A DNA stretch of 40,726 bases, from positions 1 to 40,726 of IMG/VR virus record IMGVR_UViG_3300037195_000167. One strand, 5' to 3'. Shown in pieces: positions 9,380 to 16,892 of this stretch (positions are counted from its first letter, which is position 1; every line of letters begins with the position of its first letter). Source of the DNA: a virus (taxonomy: Duplodnaviria > Caudoviricetes). The notes below the pieces were generated by a model that worked only from the letters and a program-made list of their open reading frames with translations, did not search any database and was not told the DNA's origin. The translations under genes were made by a program, and so were the position numbers.

Positions 9380-10536
9380 TGCCGTTACAACCGACGTTAC
9401 AGGTCAGGCTATACAATAACAATTTATCCACGCCTACCCTCATAGAAGATTTGACCGACAAGGTCGAAGGGTTGAATTTTTCTACGGCTCTAAACGGAGG
9501 CTTTCGTACCTGTTCGTTTATCTTAGCTACGGATTTAGGTTACGCGTGGAACTACTTATCGCGTGAAGGCAAACGAGGCTACCATTTCAACCGCATAACA
9601 GTGCATGAGGAACAGCGCTTGGTATGGGAAGGCCGAATTGTCGACATTGAATTGAACATTATGGCGGCTCGCCACAATTTGAAGATCGTTGCTCACGGGT
9701 ATTGGGGATCAATGAAAGACCAGTTTTATAGCGATGATGCCGGAACCGATTGGACATCTGGTTCAGGCCATCAAATGCACGACATCATCAAAGAAGTGCT
9801 TGACGACGAATGCCCCGACATAAACAGCGACCAAACAAACATAGAAGATTCTAGCCGTGATCTCGTAGGGATAGACTTTTCCGCGAAGGAATACCCTCAA
9901 GATATCGTAAACAAGCTGACAGACTTGTCGGACGACGACGGATCGGTTTGGTTTTTTGCTATTTGGGATGATCGCAAGCCTTACTTCTTCAAACGTTCAA
10001 TTACCAAAGTAGATTATTACGTCTGGCTAGAAGATGTATCCGATCTCAAACTACAGCAGTCTGCGACGCAACTAAGAAATGTGGTTCTGCCTTTTGTCGG
10101 AACGACCGAAGGAACAACGCAAACTGACGCAACGAGTTTAGCCCTATATCCAAGGCGAGAATCGAAGCTATCGGTCAATACGGGGGCAAACGCCAACACG
10201 CAAGCTGACGCGGCAGGAACAGCGGCGGTGGAAAAATCCTTGCCACGTCAACAACAAAATTTTTCAATCAACGGCAGGATTTATTCCGCCGTTGCCGGAG
10301 ATGCCGGAGCTAGGATGGAAGAAGTACCGCTTTGGCGTGTACGTTCAGGGGATGTGATAAGGATTCAGGACTTAGTTCCGAGCAGTTCCGCGACAGCTAC
10401 GCTAGATGATGTGAGAACGTTTTACGTCATGGAGACTGAGTACGATGCTGACAAAAATATCTTGAAAATTCAGCCTGATAGAAGGAAAAGAAGTCTGGCA
10501 AGAACGATAGCAAAGCTAGGTAATCTTGAAAAATAG
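9379..10536 (+). CDS. Tail tip/baseplate hub (Tal-like)
   Basis: Follows Dit; VWEGRI and VRSGDVIRIQD motifs. Confidence 0.65.
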   Translation: MPLQPTLQVRLYNNNLSTPTLIEDLTDKVEGLNFSTALNGGFRTCSFILATDLGYAWNYLSREGKRGYHFNRITVHEEQRLVWEGRIVDIELNIMAARHNLKIVAHGYWGSMKDQFYSDDAGTDWTSGSGHQMHDIIKEVLDDECPDINSDQTNIEDSSRDLVGIDFSAKEYPQDIVNKLTDLSDDDGSVWFFAIWDDRKPYFFKRSITKVDYYVWLEDVSDLKLQQSATQLRNVVLPFVGTTEGTTQTDATSLALYPRRESKLSVNTGANANTQADAAGTAAVEKSLPRQQQNFSINGRIYSAVAGDAGARMEEVPLWRVRSGDVIRIQDLVPSSSATATLDDVRTFYVMETEYDADKNILKIQPDRRKRSLARTIAKLGNLEK

Positions 10537-10545
10537 GAGGAGACT

Positions 10546-10749
10546 ATGGTCGGTGTAATGCTGAGATTTTTACCGCCGGAAAAGCGAGCCCTTACGGAGT
10601 TTATATTCCACTTATACGAAAGATTAGACGTGGAAGAACGAAAAGATTTGGCCGAACACTGTGACAAGATTCTTGAAGATGGCAAAATAGGACTTCCAGA
10701 ATGGGGTCAATTCGGGAAAAAGATCGGAGCATTTAGGCTCGGTAAATAA
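10546..10749 (+). CDS. Hypothetical protein
   Basis: Strong RBS AGGAGGAG. Confidence 0.75.
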   Translation: MVGVMLRFLPPEKRALTEFIFHLYERLDVEERKDLAEHCDKILEDGKIGLPEWGQFGKKIGAFRLGK

Positions 10750-10756
10750 TCTATCT

Positions 10757-10871
10757 GCCCCTAGTGCTAGCTCCGTCGGGGAATGAGTGTCAGGCATAAC
10801 CTCGTCATGTCTCCTTTCGGGCATTATAGGCTCGGGCATCCTACGGAGCGTTAGATAAGCCTGAGTGGGGC
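10757..10871 (+). ncRNA. Putative structured RNA or leader containing an anti-SD segment
   Basis: Nested stems GCCCC/GGGGC and GCTCCGT/ACGGAGC enclose CATGTCTCCTTTCGG. Confidence 0.4.
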
Positions 10872-10891
10872 GTAAAACGAAGGAGTCAGTT

Positions 10892-11071
10892 ATGAATCTA
10901 GGAAAGTTTAGACCCCAGATTTTAGTTGCTATAATATGCGCAACTTTCTTTAGTGTATTCGCGCTTTGGGTCGGGAAAGAAATGGCGGCGACAGAAGTAG
11001 TGACTGCTGTGATAGGTGGAATCTTTGGATTCCTTGGCGGTGTGTCCTTGAAGGTACTTGAAAACGAGTAG
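10892..11071 (+). CDS. Holin-like small membrane protein (2 TM)
   Basis: Two hydrophobic segments, RBS AAGGAG, position after the tail genes. Confidence 0.6.
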   Translation: MNLGKFRPQILVAIICATFFSVFALWVGKEMAATEVVTAVIGGIFGFLGGVSLKVLENE

Positions 11072-11080
11072 GGGGTGACC

Positions 11081-12154
11081 ATGAAAAGAATAAGGTCTGC
11101 TATAAGAGCTTTGAAACGTGGATTGATCTGGACATTGTTAGCACCTCCTAGATCAATGCGTTGGATGTACCGCAAAATGATGCAGGGTATACGGTACATG
11201 GGGAGGCAGGCTAAACGGTTCGTTTTGGCATGTCTCCGTTCGCCTAGAGCCACATATTACAAGGTGGTTAGTGGTCGGAATTGGTTATTAGCAAAGGTCG
11301 AATATCTGCAAAGTGAAAGCCAACGGTGGAGAACGGCTTTTTCAATAGCCAAACTTCCGTATACATTTCTCACCAAGTTGGGCTTCAGTCCGATGCAAGC
11401 AGGGAGTTTCCTGATTGCAGGATCAGTGGCAACAACAGGCGTCGTAACAGCAGAAGTTCTGGAAGGTCGCAGTTTCGCCAACGGCGATAGCGGTGTGTAT
11501 ACGGCTCCCTCTGATACGCCTATTGAATGGTCAGATTCAGATAATACGTTGAGAATTGACCTAGGGTCTACTCCTGTAGGCGAGATAATTATTGAAGACG
11601 TAACGGTTGGAACGGCATATGCTAACTCTGCACTACCGCAAGGTGAGTCAAACCCTGTTCTTCTTTCTGGAATTATTGACTCAGAAGGTTTTACTGGTAC
11701 ATATCTGGAGGTCGGGCATCTCATTATAGACAGATGGCGGTGTACGCAACTTCAATTGAGCAACATTGAAGCTCACACGCTGAACGTGAAATATAACGCC
11801 AGTGACGGGCAGAGTATAGCACCAACTCCGGGTACGCCAAGGGCGATCGGGATCGGTGGAGGAAATCGGGCTAAGAATATGATTACATCTGGCGGCTACT
11901 ACGACCAGATAAAAATCACATCGCCGACCTCAGCCACTAATGGCAAGGTCGATAAGATGACACTCAAGAATCTTTACACGAAGGGCGGTGCGTGTAAACT
12001 TGACCGATTGAAAGTCGGGATCCTCGACGTAGTATTCAATGAAATCGGGGCAGGAGATGGCTTTGCCGCGAAAGATTTTTCAATAGCAAATACAGTAACG
12101 TACAGCAACTTTACAAACACTGACAACATAGAACTGTCGATATCTCCTCCGTAA
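11081..12154 (+). CDS. Membrane-anchored protein (basic N-terminus, hydrophobic segment, beta-rich C-terminal domain)
   Basis: R/K-rich N-terminus, then AGSFLIAGSVATTGVV, then a G/S/T/D-rich domain; RBS GGGGTGA. Confidence 0.75.
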   Translation: MKRIRSAIRALKRGLIWTLLAPPRSMRWMYRKMMQGIRYMGRQAKRFVLACLRSPRATYYKVVSGRNWLLAKVEYLQSESQRWRTAFSIAKLPYTFLTKLGFSPMQAGSFLIAGSVATTGVVTAEVLEGRSFANGDSGVYTAPSDTPIEWSDSDNTLRIDLGSTPVGEIIIEDVTVGTAYANSALPQGESNPVLLSGIIDSEGFTGTYLEVGHLIIDRWRCTQLQLSNIEAHTLNVKYNASDGQSIAPTPGTPRAIGIGGGNRAKNMITSGGYYDQIKITSPTSATNGKVDKMTLKNLYTKGGACKLDRLKVGILDVVFNEIGAGDGFAAKDFSIANTVTYSNFTNTDNIELSISPP

Positions 12155-12163
12155 TGCTATAAT
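12155..12163 (+). promoter_or_regulatory. Extended -10 promoter TGCTATAAT for the small RNA
   Basis: Perfect TGnTATAAT, 7 nt upstream of a hairpin-rich non-coding unit. Confidence 0.7.
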
Positions 12164-12170
12164 CATTTTT

Positions 12171-12258
12171 GCTTCGGTTCACCTCCCGAAGTAAAGCCCC
12201 TTTCGGTAAAGGGCGAGATAGTTTTGGGTATCCTCCTTTTCTATTTCGCCCTTTTTTT
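12171..12258 (+). ncRNA. Putative anti-RBS small RNA ending in an intrinsic terminator
   Basis: Hairpin GCTTCGG-TTCACCTC-CCGAAGT; linker CCCCTTTCGGT; terminator stem AAAGGGCGAGATAG/CTATTTCGCCCTTT with 19-nt loop TTTTGGGTATCCTCCTTTT and a U-tract. Confidence 0.7.
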
Positions 12259-12289
12259 ATTCCCAAGAACAGCAATCTACTAGATTCCG

Positions 12290-12329
12290 TTGTAAATGTG
12301 TTGTAAATAATGAAAGTTTATTATACTAT
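12290..12329 (+). promoter_or_regulatory. Early promoter P1 with TTGTAAA-N4-TTGTAAA operator
   Basis: TTGTAA(12301)-N17-TACTAT; direct repeat at 12290 and 12301. Confidence 0.65.
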
Positions 12330-12359
12330 GTAATCAATAAATTATAAGGAGGATGCCTA

Positions 12360-12518
12360 ATGAATGATACACATGATTATGAGATGTTTGATGATAGGGA
12401 ACCTGACGACACGATTTATTTCGCCTTTGAAGATGCCTCTGGAACAGAAGTTATTGTTGGTATGAATGACGTCACTTTGAATGTATCAGATGAAATCTTG
12501 GCTAGTTGCTTCGCATAA
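12360..12518 (+). CDS. 52-aa highly acidic early protein missed by the ORF track
   Basis: RBS AAGGAGG; MNDTHDYEMFDDREPDDTIYFAFEDASGTEVIVGMNDVTLNVSDEILASCFA. Confidence 0.75.
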   Translation: MNDTHDYEMFDDREPDDTIYFAFEDASGTEVIVGMNDVTLNVSDEILASCFA

Positions 12519-12542
12519 CCAAAACTAAAAGAGGAGAACCAA

Positions 12543-12875
12543 ATGAGAAAAACAGATGTAAGGGTATATGAAGAACCATTATCAGATAGAAAGTTCTCTT
12601 GGGATTGCCAACAAGACCTCACATGGGAACAATTTGAACGGTATTGTGACGATAAGTTCGGTTTAGATGAGGTTGGGGTTTCAGACATACGTTGGGAGTT
12701 AGAGATTGGTTGGGCAAAGTTCTTACTCGGTCGATTGACTGACTTTCCACGAGACGAGCCAGTTGAGGTACTTGGTGAACCTCAACATGAAGTACATGTC
12801 CATCTGGCAGTTTGCGAATGTTCCGATTGTGCTGTACAAGAGGATATCCCCTCACTGATGGCACTAGATTCCTAG
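12543..12875 (+). CDS. Acidic hypothetical early protein with C-terminal His/Cys motif
   Basis: RBS GAGGAG; HVHLAVCECSDC. Confidence 0.8.
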   Translation: MRKTDVRVYEEPLSDRKFSWDCQQDLTWEQFERYCDDKFGLDEVGVSDIRWELEIGWAKFLLGRLTDFPRDEPVEVLGEPQHEVHVHLAVCECSDCAVQEDIPSLMALDS

Positions 12876-12902
12876 ATTATAAAAAACGAAAGGGAGGATA
12901 CG

Positions 12903-13538
12903 ATGACAACTCAAATAATCACTCACAAATGCGGACATGAATCAGAAAAGGAAATAGTTGGAGCTTATGGGCAGGAACTGAAGCGAGAAAGTGCAATCGC
13001 CAAACGAGTCAACTTTCACGCGAACCGCGATTGCTTCGATTGCTTCAAGGCAAATAGTTCTAAAAACGACCTACAGATTATAGCTGAGTACCCTATCCTA
13101 CTTGCAGACCTAGAAGGTTCAGAAAAGCAAGTCAACTGGGCAAATAGCATAAGGGTTCGCAAGATGGCAAAAATAATAGCCTATCAGAAAGAACTCCCCA
13201 CACTCAACGGCGAGCTTATACTATCTGAATATGTATTCAGCTTAGCTGATCTCACCTCTGCTAAATTCTGGATTGATACCAGAGATTCACACGAGTCATT
13301 CTTCTTCGGTTTGAACGAAGATAATATGGTACATCAGATCGATATCTGGAGTGCGAAAGATCGAGACGTGATAACAGTAGATGCCAGACTTAGAATGGAT
13401 GGCAGTAGATTACTTCTCGGACTCAGAGGTTTTACCAGAAACGTAGGTTTCGAGGTGACGTACAACAGCAACCATCGAGGAGATTGGTGGAACAAATCGG
13501 TCGGAGGAACTAAGTGGCACGAGAGAGAGGTTATCTAG
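12903..13538 (+). CDS. Hypothetical phage protein (HKCGH/CFDC Zn motif; LEGSEKQVNWA..IR and AKFWID motifs)
   Basis: RBS GGGAGG. The motif pattern is common in uncharacterised phage and plasmid proteins. Confidence 0.8.
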   Translation: MTTQIITHKCGHESEKEIVGAYGQELKRESAIAKRVNFHANRDCFDCFKANSSKNDLQIIAEYPILLADLEGSEKQVNWANSIRVRKMAKIIAYQKELPTLNGELILSEYVFSLADLTSAKFWIDTRDSHESFFFGLNEDNMVHQIDIWSAKDRDVITVDARLRMDGSRLLLGLRGFTRNVGFEVTYNSNHRGDWWNKSVGGTKWHEREVI

Positions 13539-13595
13539 GTGAGTGACACCGCCTTCGGGCGGTGGTAAACCGCAAGCGAGGTCACAAGCCCTCGC
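13538..13595 (+). ncRNA. Twister ribozyme (P5-type permutation)
   Basis: P2' GGT, GA, T1 GTGA, P1 CACCGCC-TTCG-GGCGGTG, G, U^AA, P2 ACC, T2 GC, P4 GCGAGG-TCAC-AA-GC-CCTCGC. Predicted cut 13566/13567. Confidence 0.85.
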
Positions 13596-13625
13596 AAACA
13601 AAAACGGTTTAGAAAGGAGGATAAA

Positions 13626-13820
13626 ATGCCAAATCAGAGGATCAGGAAGGATGCTTTGGAAGTGTTGATTGGACAGATGGGAAAAGGCATTGATGAATGG
13701 AAGGCGTGGTGCATGGAGTGCGGTGCGAGAGGTAAATCCATCAAACGCATGAAGAACAGAGCAGGGTATACCTTCTTCCAGTGTGGACAATGTGACAGTT
13801 TCGATATATGGGACGACTAA
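13626..13820 (+). CDS. Small zinc-ribbon protein (CMEC...CGQC)
   Basis: RBS AAAGGAGG. Confidence 0.8.
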   Translation: MPNQRIRKDALEVLIGQMGKGIDEWKAWCMECGARGKSIKRMKNRAGYTFFQCGQCDSFDIWDD

Positions 13821-13845
13821 ATTTTTATTATAAAAGGAGAATATT

Positions 13846-14853
13846 ATGGCACACGGAATTGAAGAAACAGATGGCATGATGTACGTAGGGGAAGCCCCTT
13901 GGCACAGATTGGGAGTGGAATTGGACAATCCTGCCACAGCCCAAGAAGCAATCATAGCGGCGAACATGGATTGGGAGGTAGCAAAAGAACCTGTCTATGT
14001 TTATGAAAACGGAACGTACGTTGAGATACCAAGCAAAAAGGCAATCGTACGCCAAGATACACGGCGCATATTCAATGTACTATCAGACAGTTATACGCCA
14101 CTTCAAAATGCCGATGCGTTCGGTTTCATGGATGAAATTGTCGGAACTCAAGAAGGCAAATATGAGACATGCGGAACGCTAGACAATGGGCGACTTTTTT
14201 GGTTGCTCATAAAACTACCAAAAGATGACCTCAGCCCTGTACCTGATGACAAGGTAGACAGTTATATTTTGCTTGCTAGTTCGCACGACGGAACGATGGC
14301 TGTAAAGGTATTTCCAACTCCGATACGAGTCGTTTGTGGAAATACCTTGGCGATGGCTTTCAGCCGAATGCAAAACGGATTCTATGCTAGACATACAGCC
14401 ACAATACAGTCCAAAGTATCTGAGGCTCGGCGTGTACTGAACTTGACCGATTACTTTTATGACAACACCAGACGAGCAATCGACCAACTAGTACACAAGC
14501 GAATGACTGAGGGTGAGATGGTAGATATCTTCAAGCAGGTATATGACATAGTAGACAAAGTTGATTCTGACAAGAAACTTGATCAAAGAAAACAAAATGC
14601 TTTAGATGAAACCGTATCCCTTTTGTACCACCCAACTAACATGCACGGAGGCATACAAGGAACTGCATACCAAGCCTTCAATGCGTTGACATACTACCAA
14701 GACCACATGCGTACCTTTAGAGGGCAGGATAAGCAAGATCAGGAATGGTTAGACAGTAAAAGATTAGAATCCTCATGGATGGGAGGCGGTAAACGGATCC
14801 GAGATAAAGCCACTGCATTACTGCTACCCGATTTCGCATCATCTGGAGTCTAA
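13846..14853 (+). CDS. DUF932/DUF945-family phage/plasmid protein
   Basis: PWHRLG, YTPLQNADAF, LASSHDGT, TPIRVVCGNTL, GTAYQAFNALT.Y.DH motifs. Confidence 0.9.
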   Translation: MAHGIEETDGMMYVGEAPWHRLGVELDNPATAQEAIIAANMDWEVAKEPVYVYENGTYVEIPSKKAIVRQDTRRIFNVLSDSYTPLQNADAFGFMDEIVGTQEGKYETCGTLDNGRLFWLLIKLPKDDLSPVPDDKVDSYILLASSHDGTMAVKVFPTPIRVVCGNTLAMAFSRMQNGFYARHTATIQSKVSEARRVLNLTDYFYDNTRRAIDQLVHKRMTEGEMVDIFKQVYDIVDKVDSDKKLDQRKQNALDETVSLLYHPTNMHGGIQGTAYQAFNALTYYQDHMRTFRGQDKQDQEWLDSKRLESSWMGGGKRIRDKATALLLPDFASSGV

Positions 14854-14862
14854 TCTCCCTTT

Positions 14863-14892
14863 TACTGGGGCGGTTCGTGAGCCGCCCCAGTA
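14863..14892 (+). terminator. GC-rich hairpin closing early module 1
   Basis: TACTGGGGCGGTTC/GAGCCGCCCCAGTA; weak U-tract. Confidence 0.5.
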
Positions 14893-14897
14893 TCGTA

Positions 14898-14936
14898 TTG
14901 TAATGAGGTTGTAAAACGTGATAAAGTGTCTATATT
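14898..14936 (+). promoter_or_regulatory. Promoter P2 with TTGTAAT-N4-TTGTAAA operator
   Basis: TTGTAA(14909)-N16-TATATT upstream of the RHH-like gene. Confidence 0.6.
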
Positions 14937-14955
14937 ACAGATGAAAGGAGGGAAT

Positions 14956-15219
14956 ATGTCCAAAACTAACAGGCATGAGACTAGATTGGCTTGCAGTACA
15001 TCCACCAGAATGTTGCTGAAAGAGAATCTCGCTGACGGTGAGACTTACGATACTTTGATTAGAAGATTGTTATTGTCTGCTAGTCGCACTAGATCGTTAT
15101 TGCGTATTGAAGATTTCACAGAACAAGAACAGAACTGGATTCGCAACGAAAACGATCTACCTGATGAGATAGAGCAAGCCATGAAAGTCGTCAAAAGTTA
15201 CATTGCGACACCAAGATAA
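14956..15219 (+). CDS. Ribbon-helix-helix-like transcription regulator
   Basis: TRLACSTSTRMLLKENLADGETYDTLIRRLL has the strand-helix-GETYD-helix pattern; RBS AAAGGAGG. Confidence 0.6.
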   Translation: MSKTNRHETRLACSTSTRMLLKENLADGETYDTLIRRLLLSASRTRSLLRIEDFTEQEQNWIRNENDLPDEIEQAMKVVKSYIATPR

Positions 15220-15246
15220 GTCTAACAATACCGAAAGGACAGGCAT

Positions 15247-15897
15247 ATGACACAGCAAAACTTGAACAAAATAGCAAACTACCAAATTATGCAAATTGAA
15301 TTCGCAAGGGAAGGAACTGATCGAAACGGAAGGGCGTGGCAAAAGTTCAACGTCTCAGGTTGGGATATGGATTCTGGAGAAGAACAGAAATTCCAGATAT
15401 TCGGAAACCTGAGAGAAAAACTAACAGAAGGGTCTGTTTATGAAATACTGCACGATGATCCGAAACCGAACCGAGACGGCGATGGATTTTATGACGCCGA
15501 TATCAAGAAAGTAACTCCTGTCGGTAGTCAGCAAATACCACAACCATCGGCAAGACCTACAACACCGCCTCCTCCAACGCCACAACCTGCATCTACACAG
15601 ACTCCATCAGCATCATCCAAACCGACAAAAGTTGACCTAAGCAATCGTTTCTTTCAGTACAACACTCACGCAAGGACTGCTCATATGCAGGCGACCGAAC
15701 GTGTTCGGCTCAAAGTACAATTACTGCTAGAAGGAAAACTGTTCGACGAAAATTCACAGCCATTTGAGGCTGTAAGTGAGTCAACGTTGAATCAGTGGTA
15801 CGTATCAGAGGTAGATAACTACTGGAGTCAAGTTATCAACCAATTATCTATCGACACAGCAAGCCATTTCTTTGCTTGGGAAGAACCTGATGCCTAA
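15247..15897 (+). CDS. Putative ssDNA-binding/recombination protein (OB-like N-terminus, Pro-rich linker)
   Basis: GTDRNGRAWQKF segment, PPPP linker, acidic/aromatic tail; precedes the exonuclease. Confidence 0.5.
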   Translation: MTQQNLNKIANYQIMQIEFAREGTDRNGRAWQKFNVSGWDMDSGEEQKFQIFGNLREKLTEGSVYEILHDDPKPNRDGDGFYDADIKKVTPVGSQQIPQPSARPTTPPPPTPQPASTQTPSASSKPTKVDLSNRFFQYNTHARTAHMQATERVRLKVQLLLEGKLFDENSQPFEAVSESTLNQWYVSEVDNYWSQVINQLSIDTASHFFAWEEPDA

Positions 15898-16612
15898 AGT
15901 TACGATAGATAAAAAGCACAGATATCATGTTGAGGGCATAAAAGACTCCATGCCCTCAACATCTGCTATCGCAAAATTAGTCTCTGGGGATATAGGAGAC
16001 GGATTGCTTATCTGGGCGTCACGTTTAGCTTTGAAATATAACGATGCGTTCGGATTTAGGCGTGACGATTCTGCTGAGATTGGCACGTTCTCCCATGCAG
16101 AAATCCATTCATACATCCAAACAGGGGAAAAGCCAGTAGATGCGTCCTCCGTGTTTTGGGGATGGTATGCGGCATTGAATGAAACCGTGTCAGATTGGAT
16201 AGCATCTGAGCATATGCTGTACCACCCAACTAAGCTATACGGAGGTACAGTTGATGCGATAGGAGTACAGGACGGAAAAGTCACTTTGTTCGATTGGAAA
16301 ACGAGAGACCAGAAGTTTGCGGACGGTGAGATTTGGCATTTTGACAAAAACGGCAAACCTCACCGAAAGGATCCGAGGAAACTCAAGGACGTAGCACAGC
16401 TTGGCGGTTATTATGCGGCTCTGATAAATGATGAATCTGTTCCGACTCCGACTGTAGGGAAAATCACGTACATTTATCGAGACACAGGCGTAGTGGAGTT
16501 CGATGAGGTGAATTTATGGCAGGCTAAGAGATTATTCGAGGCAAGCTATAATCTGTATAAAACGATACATATAAAGGGAGGATATTACAGTGGAAAACCT
16601 ACCGAAGATTGA
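15890..16612 (+). CDS. PD-(D/E)XK exonuclease (lambda-exo/Cas4-like)
   Basis: PSTSAI, GT..H, YGGTVDAIG, LFDWKT, QLGGY motifs. Confidence 0.85.
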   Translation: MPKVTIDKKHRYHVEGIKDSMPSTSAIAKLVSGDIGDGLLIWASRLALKYNDAFGFRRDDSAEIGTFSHAEIHSYIQTGEKPVDASSVFWGWYAALNETVSDWIASEHMLYHPTKLYGGTVDAIGVQDGKVTLFDWKTRDQKFADGEIWHFDKNGKPHRKDPRKLKDVAQLGGYYAALINDESVPTPTVGKITYIYRDTGVVEFDEVNLWQAKRLFEASYNLYKTIHIKGGYYSGKPTED

Positions 16613-16892
16613 ACCCTGCACTTATTGCGGTCATCCTGAATGCGGTGGATGGCGACCCTATGACAGCGCACATCTACCACGTTACTGCATGGCTTGTTGG
16701 AATGACTCACAACTGGCACAGCAAACAGTTACTTTAGAAAAACAAACGGATGCGATGGTCGAAGCAAACCGACTGCAAGCTATTGCACTTAGTGAGGGGC
16801 GGTTATACGAACCGCCCCCTCCACCTAAACCGCAATACAGACCTGACCCTGCACCGCAACCTAAACTTCCAAAGATCGTAAGGACAGCATGA
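16590..16892 (+). CDS. Cys-rich hypothetical protein with Pro-rich tail
   Basis: CTYCGHPEC and CMAC; RBS GGGAGG before GTG. Confidence 0.7.
   Translation: MENLPKIEPCTYCGHPECGGWRPYDSAHLPRYCMACWNDSQLAQQTVTLEKQTDAMVEANRLQAIALSEGRLYEPPPPPKPQYRPDPAPQPKLPKIVRTA

Noticed and set aside
10757-10871. Pistol or other known ribozyme
   Set aside because: There is a superficial CGTTAGATAAG resemblance, but P2/P3 and the short P1 loop cannot be built.
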